Shown here: in pieces, positions 7,527 to 17,133 of the stretch
Numbering within the stretch: position 1 is the first letter of the stretch
Layout: each line of letters opens with the position of its first letter
Origin: a virus
Virus record (IMG/VR): IMGVR_UViG_3300020473_000017
Length of the DNA: 64,000 nucleotides
Strand: one strand, 5' to 3'
The notes under the pieces: model-generated
Told to the model about the DNA's origin: nothing
Database searches by the model: none
Seen by the model: only the letters and a program-made list of their open reading frames with translations
Position numbers and translations under genes: made by a program

Positions 7527-8652
7527 CTTGTTTGATTCCTCCGACGACATAAGATTCAATCTCCGTCTCTTGTGGTGCGTTTTGTTGTCCCTTACTATTT
7601 AACCAGTACTGTGTCCATGGTAAAGGATTATTTCTCTGACCTATATCATAGATAGGATCAATTCCTATCGCTCTCATACGTCTATTAGCAATAAACTCTA
7701 CGTATTGTGATAGTAACTTCTCATTAAGTCCTATCATACTACCGTCTTTAAAGAGGTATTCAGCCCATGCCTTCTCTTCATCAACAGCATTCTTGAACAT
7801 CTCTATGACGTTGGATTTTTCTTCTGCAGCGATTTCCACCATTTCTTCATCGTCACCATTTTCCTTCCAGTTTTTGATGATCTGTTGAGTAAGGACAAGA
7901 TGTTGGCTTTCATCTCTGGCGATAAGAGAGATAATTTTAGCTGATCCTTCCATAATCTTGAGTTCACCAAATGCAAACGAGCAAGCGAAGGAGACATAGA
8001 ACCTAATACCTTCAAGAATGTTGACGTTGACGATTGCTCTATAGAGTTTTCTTTTGAGTTCTTTTCTGTCATAAGTGCCGTTGGGATGCCCTTCCGTGGC
8101 CATCCTCCAGAGGTTCCCGCTGTCATATTCGTGTGCATGATTTATTAATTCATTATAAGCTGAAGTTACTGAGTCTGCGCGACTTAATATCTTTTCATCA
8201 CCGAGTACTGTATCGAAAACTTCACCTGGATCTGGGTATACGTTCTTTATTATATATGTGTACGACCTACTATGGATCATCTCCATGAGTTGCCACACAT
8301 TCATTGCACCCTCCAACTCTGGAAGAGAACAGTAAGGCATGAATGCCATACCAGGTGCTCGACCCTGTACTGAGTCTAGCATGATCTGATACTTCAGATT
8401 AGAAGTATATATATGCTTCTGCTCTGGTGTCAGAGTTTTATAATCTGCTCTATCTTTCTGAAGGGATACCTCTTCAGGTCTCCAGAAATATCCCAACTGC
8501 TGTTGTGTAAGTTTATCAAAAGCAGGATACTTATATTCATCATACCTTTGGAGACCTAGTGGTTGTCCAAAGAACATAGGTTGTTTTTTAGTATCAACAG
8601 GGTTGGTATTGAATACCGTTACCCCCTTGAACTTCTCTTCATGACTATACAT
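7489..8652 (-). CDS. nrdB: Ribonucleotide reductase class Ia beta subunit
   Basis: FWRPEEV, EMIHSRSY, LEGIRFYVSF, DESQH, APQETEIESY. Confidence 0.97.
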   Translation of the reverse strand: MYSHEEKFKGVTVFNTNPVDTKKQPMFFGQPLGLQRYDEYKYPAFDKLTQQQLGYFWRPEEVSLQKDRADYKTLTPEQKHIYTSNLKYQIMLDSVQGRAPGMAFMPYCSLPELEGAMNVWQLMEMIHSRSYTYIIKNVYPDPGEVFDTVLGDEKILSRADSVTSAYNELINHAHEYDSGNLWRMATEGHPNGTYDRKELKRKLYRAIVNVNILEGIRFYVSFACSFAFGELKIMEGSAKIISLIARDESQHLVLTQQIIKNWKENGDDEEMVEIAAEEKSNVIEMFKNAVDEEKAWAEYLFKDGSMIGLNEKLLSQYVEFIANRRMRAIGIDPIYDIGQRNNPLPWTQYWLNSKGQQNAPQETEIESYVVGGIKQDVEGDTFSGFSL

Positions 8653-8654
8653 TC

Positions 8655-10988
8655 TTAGATCGTGCAGGATTCACATGCTTCCTCATTGGAAGTTTCAATT
8701 TCATTTACTAAACTTTCTAAAGCAGATACCTTAGATTCTGGAACATCATCCTTCCATCCAATTGGATGTGCTGGTTCATCATCCTTCTTAGCATCATATG
8801 TATTCTGATAGTAAGAAGTCTTCCACCCATACTTGTATGTGGTGAGAAGATCTGTTGCCATTACTGACACAGGTACTTCATTATTAGGATAGTTCTCTGG
8901 ATTATAACTCCAGTTGCCAGAAATTGCTTGGTCAAAGAACTTCTGTATAACTGCTGTAACTTTTATGTACCCATCATTATTCTTCATATCCCACAGTAAT
9001 GTGTAGGCATTCTTCAGAGTAGAGTACGAAGGTACGATCTGTTTGAGTGGTCCTTTCTTGGACTTCTTGATTGAGAGGTAGTCCCTTGGTGGTTCAATGC
9101 CATTAGTTGCATTAGAGACAACGGATGAACTTTCGCTTGGCATCTGTGCAGATAGGGTGCTGTGCCGTAGACCATCCTCCAATATGGATGCTCGCAAAGC
9201 TTCCCAATTATAGTTAAGTTTGTTTGGTACAAGGTCATCAACATCTTTCTTATAAGTATCTATTGGTAATATTCCATCACAGTATTTGGTGTGCTGGAAA
9301 CCTTCACATGCTCCTCTCTCTTTAGCCAAACTATTAGATGACTTAAGAAGATTGTACTGGAATGCTTCAGTTAGATCATGTACTAATTGCCATGCCTCTT
9401 GTGAATCATATTGAACTTTGTTCTTAGCAAGGTAATGTGCTAGTCCAATGTATCCTATACCTAATGATCTACGTGCTAAGGTACTACGCTTGGCAGCATC
9501 CACAGGGTATTCCATGTAGTCAATCAACTCTTCCAGTCCTCTAACTGCAAGGTCACATAGTTCTTCCAACTCTTCAAGATGATTAACCTTACCTACATTA
9601 ATAGCAGATAGAATACACAATGCTATCTCACCACCCTGATCATTAATATGATTGATAGGATCTGTAGGTAGAGTAATCTCCTGACATAGGTTACTCATGT
9701 TAACCTTGTCTTTGAAAGATGAATGACTATTACAATGATCGATGTTCATGATATACATACGACCTGTCTCTGCTCTCTCCTTAAGGAGATCTAATATAAG
9801 ATCCTGTGCACCTATCTTTGTCTTAGGTATTGAATCATCATTCTCATACTTTACATATAACTCATCAAAGCTTTCTGTACCAAAACTATCATAAAGCCCT
9901 GGGACATCATGAGGAGAAAAAAGCGTGATCTCCTTGTTGCTAATAAACCTTTCGTAAAAAAGTTTTGAGATTTGTATGGAATAGTCGAGTTTCCTGACAC
10001 GGTTGTCCTCAGTTCCTTTATTATTTTTAAGTACAAGGATGTCTTCTATTTCTTGGTGCCAGATTGGGAAGTGGACAGTCGCTGATCCACCTCGGATGCC
10101 ATTTTGAGTGCAACATCTGACAGTGCTCTCAAATTTTTTGAGAAACGGGACGACACCCGTGTGTTGAACTTCTCCACCACGGATCTTCGCATTGATACCA
10201 CGGATTCTACCCGCATTGATGCCAATTCCTGCCCTTTGAGCAACGTAGTAACCAATAGCCATGTCGCTGCTGAAGATGCTGTCAAGCGTGTCATCAACAT
10301 CAACGAGAACACAGGATGCAAACTGTCGTAAAGGGGTTCGCACCCCTGCCATGACTGGTGTTGGGATGTTGATTCTGTGCTTGCTGACTGCGTTGTAGTA
10401 TCTTCTGACATAATCTAACCTCGTCTCCTGTGGATAATTCTGGAATAAAGTCACAGCAATCATCATATACATTTGCTGTGGGGTTTCATAGTGTTCCCCA
10501 GTGCTTCTATCCTGTACCAAATATTTATCTACTACCTGTCTCAATCCAGCATAAGTGAAAAGGTAATCACGACCTTGATCTATCCAACTGTCAATCTCTT
10601 GCCACTCCTCTGGAGTATACTTAGTAGCAATACCAGGATCATACACACCCTTCTTTACACATGCCTCTATATGATTAGGAAGAGGTGGTGTCTTTTCATA
10701 ATGGTTATGGACTGCCTTGTGTAATCCAAACAACAATAGTCTAGCAGCAACAAACTGATAGTTAACATGATCTAAATCAATCAAATCAGATGCAGACTTA
10801 ACCAGAATCTCTTGTACCTGACTAGTCTTTATACCATCAAAGAACTGTAAACCTGATTGTATCTCTACTTGACTAGCAGATACACCTGCTAATCCTTCAC
10901 AGGCAAACTCCACCATCTTGTGAACTTTCTCTAAATTGATGGGTTCTTCTACACCATCTCTCTTAACTACTTTAATTCCGTTGCTCAT
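8655..10988 (-). CDS. nrdA: Ribonucleotide reductase class Ia alpha subunit
   Basis: ATP-cone VVKRDG, QFASCVL, SNLCQE, KTSYY, C-terminal CESC. Confidence 0.97.
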   Translation of the reverse strand: MSNGIKVVKRDGVEEPINLEKVHKMVEFACEGLAGVSASQVEIQSGLQFFDGIKTSQVQEILVKSASDLIDLDHVNYQFVAARLLLFGLHKAVHNHYEKTPPLPNHIEACVKKGVYDPGIATKYTPEEWQEIDSWIDQGRDYLFTYAGLRQVVDKYLVQDRSTGEHYETPQQMYMMIAVTLFQNYPQETRLDYVRRYYNAVSKHRINIPTPVMAGVRTPLRQFASCVLVDVDDTLDSIFSSDMAIGYYVAQRAGIGINAGRIRGINAKIRGGEVQHTGVVPFLKKFESTVRCCTQNGIRGGSATVHFPIWHQEIEDILVLKNNKGTEDNRVRKLDYSIQISKLFYERFISNKEITLFSPHDVPGLYDSFGTESFDELYVKYENDDSIPKTKIGAQDLILDLLKERAETGRMYIMNIDHCNSHSSFKDKVNMSNLCQEITLPTDPINHINDQGGEIALCILSAINVGKVNHLEELEELCDLAVRGLEELIDYMEYPVDAAKRSTLARRSLGIGYIGLAHYLAKNKVQYDSQEAWQLVHDLTEAFQYNLLKSSNSLAKERGACEGFQHTKYCDGILPIDTYKKDVDDLVPNKLNYNWEALRASILEDGLRHSTLSAQMPSESSSVVSNATNGIEPPRDYLSIKKSKKGPLKQIVPSYSTLKNAYTLLWDMKNNDGYIKVTAVIQKFFDQAISGNWSYNPENYPNNEVPVSVMATDLLTTYKYGWKTSYYQNTYDAKKDDEPAHPIGWKDDVPESKVSALESLVNEIETSNEEACESCTI

Positions 10989-11980
10989 ACCTTCCAGTTT
11001 GATAGTTGTAACTTTGCTTTTAATCCTTGGTACACATTAGATTGTACCACATCTTTTACATTAATGCCAGCATTGGACATATCATTGATGTCCTTTTGCT
11101 CAATATTATTTGGCCAAATCACTACTTTATCTCCGTGGTCGATTGACTTGGAGAGTTTGTCTGTGATTTGTCTACTACGAGGTTCGTTATCATAAACCCA
11201 AATATAATTGCCCCAACCAAACGACCGAATATCAACATCAGACCCAGCCATCGCAACGGCATTGTCCAAGAAGAGGGAGTCAATCGGTCCTTCCACGATG
11301 TAAATTGGTTCACTTTCATTTATCTTATCAAGTCCAAATAGTTTAGGTGCATCCTCTTCCAGCATCACTGTAATATATCTCATCTTAGGATTTGCTTCCA
11401 TAGATCTACCCTGAAAACCTATAAGGTTTCCATCTTTATCCTTGAGTGGAATGATGATTCGGGGCTCGTCATTAGAGATACTGGAGAACGTTTGTTTCTT
11501 TGTGTTTGTCCATTTTTTAAACTCTGGACAGTAGTATAATTGATTAATTTTATTCTCTGGTATTCCCCTCCCTAATGCGTAGACCTTTGCTGGATGTGAT
11601 TTATTTAGACTGGAGAGAGGTTCGAGATTAACCTTTCGTTTCGGTTTGAAATCAGGTTTTGTAATAAACTTATTAAGGTCAGGTTTAGGTACATTTTTAC
11701 CTGTAGTACCCTCCTTATATCTCTCCATCACATACTCATCATACACATGAGGAGCCTGATCCTTTAGGAAATTAGAAAAGGATCGTGTGATACCACAGTT
11801 GTGACATTTAAACACATGATCCCCTTTAACCGAGAAGATATATCCTCTGGTCTTATTTCTATGTTTCTTTGAATCTCCACAGTAAGGACAACGGAATGTC
11901 CATACGCCAGGCTTAAGTCTTTTGTACTTCTGTAGTGATGCTGATGCCAAGTTCAGATACTTGGTATCCAGATAACTCAT
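10985..11980 (-). CDS. gp61: DNA primase gp61
   Basis: CPYCGDS...CHNC zinc finger; EGPIDS and DNE TOPRIM motifs; KDIND. Confidence 0.95.
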   Translation of the reverse strand: MSYLDTKYLNLASASLQKYKRLKPGVWTFRCPYCGDSKKHRNKTRGYIFSVKGDHVFKCHNCGITRSFSNFLKDQAPHVYDEYVMERYKEGTTGKNVPKPDLNKFITKPDFKPKRKVNLEPLSSLNKSHPAKVYALGRGIPENKINQLYYCPEFKKWTNTKKQTFSSISNDEPRIIIPLKDKDGNLIGFQGRSMEANPKMRYITVMLEEDAPKLFGLDKINESEPIYIVEGPIDSLFLDNAVAMAGSDVDIRSFGWGNYIWVYDNEPRSRQITDKLSKSIDHGDKVVIWPNNIEQKDINDMSNAGINVKDVVQSNVYQGLKAKLQLSNWKV

Positions 11981-12386
11981 CCATTTGTCTTAGCGGTGGT
12001 ATTACTGTAGCAGATCCTGGCGGTGCTGTCAAGAGTGGACGGATTACTTTCTGTCCGACTGGACTAACCAAGAAAGATATAATAGCAAGACCACCAAAAA
12101 TAGACCACATCTTCTTCTCCATGACCTGAAGACGGTCATCAACTTTTCTGATATCTCTTTCACAACCCTTCTTTATCTCCTCTGCTTTACGATTTACTTC
12201 TCGATGGACACTCTCTACTTTCTCAAAAAGAACTGCATCTATTCTGTCCTGCTTATCCAACTTCTCAGAATGAACTGCCAGAAGTTGGCTCATCTTTACA
12301 GAGTTATCCTGTAAGGAATCTACGATCTTTTCCAGACGTATTATAATTGCATTGTTAACGTCTGTCACGTTTACCCCTTGTCCCAT
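11913..12386 (-). CDS. Conserved coiled-coil protein with C-terminal TM segment
   Basis: Heptad-rich body followed by WSIFGGLAIISFLV. Confidence 0.75.
   Translation of the reverse strand: MGQGVNVTDVNNAIIIRLEKIVDSLQDNSVKMSQLLAVHSEKLDKQDRIDAVLFEKVESVHREVNRKAEEIKKGCERDIRKVDDRLQVMEKKMWSIFGGLAIISFLVSPVGQKVIRPLLTAPPGSATVIPPLRQMDELSGYQVSELGISITTEVQKT
12004..12032 (-). promoter_or_regulatory. Internal sigma70-type promoter for primase/nrd genes
   Basis: TTGACA-N17-TACAGT inside the upstream ORF, about 25 nt before the primase ATG. Confidence 0.55.
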
Positions 12387-12423
12387 CCTGAGTATTTATC
12401 CTCTTCATTTTTTCTTTAGAATA

Positions 12424-13128
12424 TTAATCAAGGTTAGCCCATACCCCTGTAGATCTACAAGTAGAAACCAACTCAGGATAATCTTGGAACCGTACTACGG
12501 TATCAAATAGAACCACATATCTCCACCCATTAATCTGATTAATGACTGAGTGAATTGCATTAGGTTGAAATAAGCATACTGATTCGTTCTTAATATCCCT
12601 TGTGTGCCATGTTTTCTTAGGTCTATTCCTTACCATGATATAACACCTCTTCCCCTCTTCTACGGGCACGTCCAGTCCAATGATGCCACGTAAAACAATA
12701 CCATCTGGGGGATTAGGATCTCCATCCCTATGTAATGGTATCTTTGCCTTGGGTTTCATACTAGCAATAGATGCTCTCCTAGTAATTCCTATATCAATTA
12801 AAGTTTGAGAAAGAGTAGGTAACCAATTGACATTCTTATGAGCACGTAGACCTTGCCACTGAAACATATCCTGCTCAAACTGTTCTATCATACAAAGTTG
12901 TTCCTGCTGCTCATCCATCTCACCATAGAGAGGTGCAGCAACTGGATTATAAACACCACCACTCTTAGAGTGTGCTACATCATCATACCAATGGCCAAAC
13001 TTTAAACTCTCTAGATTATCACGAAACTCTTTCTGGATGTCAGGAAATCTTTCATGTATCAAATCAAACTTGGGATGTAATTTATATACATCTACAAATC
13101 CCCAGATGCTCACCAGAATAACCTCCAC
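12424..13128 (-). CDS. Aspartyl/asparaginyl beta-hydroxylase-like protein
   Basis: IPLHRDG, AIHSVIN, RYVVLFD. Confidence 0.75.
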   Translation of the reverse strand: MEVILVSIWGFVDVYKLHPKFDLIHERFPDIQKEFRDNLESLKFGHWYDDVAHSKSGGVYNPVAAPLYGEMDEQQEQLCMIEQFEQDMFQWQGLRAHKNVNWLPTLSQTLIDIGITRRASIASMKPKAKIPLHRDGDPNPPDGIVLRGIIGLDVPVEEGKRCYIMVRNRPKKTWHTRDIKNESVCLFQPNAIHSVINQINGWRYVVLFDTVVRFQDYPELVSTCRSTGVWANLD

Positions 13129-13997
13129 TTACCATCACACTTCAAACCATGACCTTGAAATGTAATCCTATAATCACCCTTCTTAAAACTATCTCCTAAA
13201 ATCATCTGATGCATGATCATACCATAGTAATAGAATGAATACCCTTCTATATGTGGAATAATAATTGGGACATACTGCTCCAAGTCACCACAATCATCAT
13301 CAAACAATTTATACTTCCATGGATCCTCAATAGTATTACCTGCTTTTATCTCCTTAACATACTCTACGTTCTCATATCTACCTATGATGTCTCTGTATAT
13401 CCAATACTTAATATCATTTGCCTTCCTCTTATGTTCTTCTGGAAGATCCCACAATGCAATAGCAGCACCATTATGAGGTACCTTAATGCTAAAGGTGTAA
13501 CTTAACTGGTTCTTGAAATCAATATCCTTATACTTCTTTCTGAAATGATTCCTACCATACCACCACTGTCCATCATAATGAAGACAACGATGATGCTTTC
13601 TCTGATCAGGTGCTTGATCGAACTCATAGATATGAAACCCTGGAAGACCTAGACCATCCTCATACTCACAATCTCCTAATTCTTTCTGTAGTTCTATTAT
13701 AAACTTATCATATAACCATCCGAGTTTCTTCCTAAGAACACGGTTATACATTTGATATAGTTTATGATAAAACTTCCATCCTCTATCCCTAGCATCCATA
13801 TAGAGAGTAGCACCAACAGTATAGTAATGAACATAATCCTCTATACCACTATCTGCTCCTGCTATTTCTAATGCTGGATGCCAGTTAGTCCTTGCTAACC
13901 ATATGTTCCTCATCCCAAGGAGTTCTTGGAACACACGTTCATTCTCTTCCTCAGTAAGGACAGGTATCCTATTAAATCCTAAAAGTAAAGTCTCCAT
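13110..13997 (-). CDS. 2OG-Fe(II) oxygenase-like protein
   Basis: PGFHIY, LHYDGQ, SYTFSI, MHQM, RITFQGHG. Confidence 0.7.
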   Translation of the reverse strand: METLLLGFNRIPVLTEEENERVFQELLGMRNIWLARTNWHPALEIAGADSGIEDYVHYYTVGATLYMDARDRGWKFYHKLYQMYNRVLRKKLGWLYDKFIIELQKELGDCEYEDGLGLPGFHIYEFDQAPDQRKHHRCLHYDGQWWYGRNHFRKKYKDIDFKNQLSYTFSIKVPHNGAAIALWDLPEEHKRKANDIKYWIYRDIIGRYENVEYVKEIKAGNTIEDPWKYKLFDDDCGDLEQYVPIIIPHIEGYSFYYYGMIMHQMILGDSFKKGDYRITFQGHGLKCDGKWRLFW

Positions 13998-14929
13998 ATC
14001 CCATCACATCTCACAGCATGTCCTTGCAAAGTAACTCTTCTATCATCAGTTGTAAGTTTATAACCTGGAACTATCTGGTGCAATACATGCCCAGTATGAT
14101 AGCATGATTCTCCTATTGTATAGGGCATAACCATTGGTTTAGTATCGTATATAGGATCATACTTCATAGGTATTGATCCATTATCCCAGAACTCTTTACT
14201 CTCTCTAGGATCACCAACACCTCTAATGAATTCATCAGCAGTTGTAGTAACTCTTTCTAATGTATGTTGTAATGCTGGATTTGATTCATAAAACTCTGGA
14301 CGGTTCTTGAAGTCTACATCCTCAGCATGTTCCATAAAAGTCTTAAGGGTTGCATCCTTATCAGAGTTTGATTGAAAATTAAACTTAGCAATCATCTCTT
14401 TATCCATGTTCATCCAGTCCCATACAAAAAGACCACCACCATGCTTAGGTAGCTCTAAAGGTAGAGTAAATGAAAATGGTTCTTCTAAATCATACTCATC
14501 ATAAGTCTTCCATATAGGCATGTGATCTCTATACTGGATATCAACATGCAAAGATGCTAAAGGTTTAGTAAACCTATCAGCACACTCAGGTGCAGAGACT
14601 TGACCTGGTTTATGACCAAAGACATGGAACCCAGGGTAAGCTAACTTATCATCCAGTTCTACTGGATCACCAAGCAACTCCGAAAACTTCTCACAAAGAA
14701 TATCATAAACCCATCCAAAGTGTTTCTTAAGTACAGGATTTAAAACCTCCTTATGCTTATGATACTTTCCAATACTAGTTACACCTTCCATGTAAGTTAC
14801 TGCACCGACAGTAAAAAAATCCATAGGGACTGGTGCCCTACGGATCCAAAGTTTTTCTAGTTTGTCTACACTTTGTACTACTTTCTTGGATTGTTCTTCA
14901 GTTAATATATCACAATATCCAAGCTTCAT
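13979..14929 (-). CDS. 2OG-Fe(II) oxygenase-like protein (paralog of 13110-13997)
   Basis: PGFHVF, LHVDIQ, SFTLPL, LHQI, RVTLQGHA. Confidence 0.7.
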   Translation of the reverse strand: MKLGYCDILTEEQSKKVVQSVDKLEKLWIRRAPVPMDFFTVGAVTYMEGVTSIGKYHKHKEVLNPVLKKHFGWVYDILCEKFSELLGDPVELDDKLAYPGFHVFGHKPGQVSAPECADRFTKPLASLHVDIQYRDHMPIWKTYDEYDLEEPFSFTLPLELPKHGGGLFVWDWMNMDKEMIAKFNFQSNSDKDATLKTFMEHAEDVDFKNRPEFYESNPALQHTLERVTTTADEFIRGVGDPRESKEFWDNGSIPMKYDPIYDTKPMVMPYTIGESCYHTGHVLHQIVPGYKLTTDDRRVTLQGHAVRCDGIWRLYF

Positions 14930-14930
14930 A

Positions 14931-15638
14931 TTACATGGTCATGAAAGTAGTAAAGATTTCCTTGCTCTCTGGAAGCATACCAACAAGTTTTTCTTTATGC
15001 TCTTCTGATAATTGATTGAACCTATCAACTATAACAGATGCTTGCTCTTGTGTCAACTCTAGTTCAGTGTCATCAGCGAAGAAGAAGGTTGTAATCTTAC
15101 CTTCATCAGCCAACTCACATAGTGATTCAAGATACACTAGACCATCACCAAACTCAAAGGAGTTCTTCTGTGTCTTTATTTGATTTGCTAACTTCTTCTG
15201 ACGTTCCTTACCTTTCTTAGCATAGTCAGCAGCCTTAGAACGAGAGATTAATTCAATCTCTTTCTTACGATTGGAAGCACGCTTCTCACGCTCTTGCTTC
15301 TTCTGAACCTTACGCTTCTGATTTATAAATTTGTATGCCTGTTTGGTAGTCTCACCACCAGCTCCAGATGACTTCTCATCTTCTTTGATTAGTTCCTCAG
15401 CCATTTTCTTTTTCTTAGTAAGACGTTTAATAAGTTTACGAGCCTGTTTACTCCTACCATCTATGTAGGTTGGATCATCTCTACGATGTTCCCATTGTTT
15501 ACTAGCAGATTCTTTTTTCTTTCGTGCTTTAGTAGATCTACGAGAGAACTTTAAAACAGGATCGAATCCCATTATAGCACCCTTACCAGTGGTAGCGGTG
15601 TTAATTGGTCCAACGTTGGTAGGTGGTCCTCCTTCCAT
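14931..15638 (-). CDS. Basic hypothetical protein, probably head-associated, with a capsid-like N-terminus
   Basis: N-terminal PTNVGPINTATTGKGAIMGFDPVL matches gp23 residues 54-77; Lys/Arg-rich middle. Confidence 0.75.
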   Translation of the reverse strand: MEGGPPTNVGPINTATTGKGAIMGFDPVLKFSRRSTKARKKKESASKQWEHRRDDPTYIDGRSKQARKLIKRLTKKKKMAEELIKEDEKSSGAGGETTKQAYKFINQKRKVQKKQEREKRASNRKKEIELISRSKAADYAKKGKERQKKLANQIKTQKNSFEFGDGLVYLESLCELADEGKITTFFFADDTELELTQEQASVIVDRFNQLSEEHKEKLVGMLPESKEIFTTFMTM

Positions 15639-16012
15639 TATAGTTGCCTAAGTTCTTCTAGTATACAATCATTAACAGCAATCGCTCTAAGACTTTCACT
15701 CTCATCCACTTGAGGATACTTATTTAAAAACATCATGATTGCTTTAATATCTGACCAGTAATCTCTTTCCATTTTATAGAAGAGAAGTAATGGTGCAGCG
15801 TCACCGAATACATTGTATATTATTATAATATGATTCAAAAGAAGACTGAGTTTGACCTCAGTTCCCTTATGATATTTCTTGAGGAGACGCTTAATATACT
15901 TAAAGCGTCTCATGTCCTCAAAGAAATCTTCCTTCGTTGCCGCTTGAGGGTTATCATAATGTTTAATAGCAAAGAGAACGTAATTGTCCTCGTTCAATTC
16001 ATCAAATCTCAT
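15638..16012 (-). CDS. Conserved T4-like phage hypothetical protein
   Basis: FAIKHYDNP...F.ED..RFKYIKRL...LNHIII.YNVFG. Confidence 0.8.
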   Translation of the reverse strand: MRFDELNEDNYVLFAIKHYDNPQAATKEDFFEDMRRFKYIKRLLKKYHKGTEVKLSLLLNHIIIIYNVFGDAAPLLLFYKMERDYWSDIKAIMMFLNKYPQVDESESLRAIAVNDCILEELRQL

Positions 16013-16018
16013 GCGTCA

Positions 16019-16882
16019 TTACGTTCTGTCGTTAACAGTTAGTGTACCTGCAGTACTATATGCTGTAGTACCACCAATGCTGTTGTTAACTACACATCTG
16101 TACTTGGCACCGTTGTCAGCAGCAGCAGTAAGTCCTGTAAGGGATCCTGTATTAGCTGATGTCTTACCTGCAAGGTTAGACCAGTTGGTGTTGCCAGATT
16201 CCTGTCTCTGCCACTGATAGGTGAGCGAAGCACCTGATCCAGTAGAAGATGCACCAGAAAGTGTGAATGTAGCAGCAGCTGTAGCAGCAGTTGTAACTGT
16301 GACAACAACAGCAGCACCGCCACCACCACCAAGTGATGCGTCAGCGATTGTTATTGTCTCGTTATCTGCATAACCTGTACCACCAGATACAAGAGTGATG
16401 GTTGGATCACCGCCAGATGGAACTTCAACTGTGAAGTCAGCACCTGTACCAGATCCTGAACCAGCAGCATCAGTTATTGTGTATGTTCCAACAGTTCTGG
16501 ATCCATCAGCACCACCATTGTCACTGAATACTGCAACCGCACCAGCAGGAGCGTATGTAGTTACGTTAGCAACTGTTCCTGGTGTGATTACAGAAGCAAC
16601 GTCTGCACCGAGTGTATCATCTGCTTGTGTCTCAGATGCGTTAGCTTCAGGTCCACAAATGTTTACTAGATGTTCTGTTTTGAAGCGTGTCTTACCATGA
16701 CAGTCTGTGTATGTATCGACAGCCCACCAGCCAGGACCGCTAAGTCCTTTGTTTTTATTGACTGCTAGTTGTGCTTCTGTATCATCTATAAAGACAATAG
16801 TTTTTGTGTTAGACGATTTTGCGACACCAATTTCCGCTTTGGTTTTGTTGGCGTTGCTATCGTCACTTCCGTAAAGGGACAT
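16019..16882 (-). CDS. Virion structural protein with C-terminal Ig-like domain
   Basis: MSLYG/GPGWW N-terminus, GGTGY repeat, YQWQ...YRCVV Ig motif; TAAATA upstream. Confidence 0.7.
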   Translation of the reverse strand: MSLYGSDDSNANKTKAEIGVAKSSNTKTIVFIDDTEAQLAVNKNKGLSGPGWWAVDTYTDCHGKTRFKTEHLVNICGPEANASETQADDTLGADVASVITPGTVANVTTYAPAGAVAVFSDNGGADGSRTVGTYTITDAAGSGSGTGADFTVEVPSGGDPTITLVSGGTGYADNETITIADASLGGGGGAAVVVTVTTAATAAATFTLSGASSTGSGASLTYQWQRQESGNTNWSNLAGKTSANTGSLTGLTAAADNGAKYRCVVNNSIGGTTAYSTAGTLTVNDRT

Positions 16883-16927
16883 TGGGACGCTCCAATTCTA
16901 TAAGTTTCCTATATTTTATTTATTAGA

Positions 16928-17116
16928 TCATGACTCTAGTAGTGCCTTACCTAAAGCAGCAACTAGTTCATCATCTACTTTGTTTCCTGTCTTAGCAGCT
17001 GCCTTCTTAAGCAACTTAATTAGGAAATCTTTGATTACAGAATCAAGGTCATCAGGTATCCTATCAACTGCTTTATTGATGATACTTATAGCAATGGGCA
17101 TTAAAAAATTAATCAT
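16928..17116 (-). CDS. Conserved small hypothetical protein
   Basis: 62 aa amphipathic protein; KTGNKVDDELV. Confidence 0.7.
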   Translation of the reverse strand: MINFLMPIAISIINKAVDRIPDDLDSVIKDFLIKLLKKAAAKTGNKVDDELVAALGKALLES

Positions 17117-17133
17117 GGTTATGTAAAACGCTG

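Noticed and set aside
7489-10988. Introns or inteins in nrdA/nrdB (also checked gp43, gp41, gp17, gp20)
   Set aside because: All are continuous ORFs of normal length without intein or intron signatures.
12355-12408. Tiny ORF MKRINTQDGTRGKRDRR*
   Set aside because: It is 17 codons long, overlaps a late-promoter motif and the next gene start, and is probably spurious.
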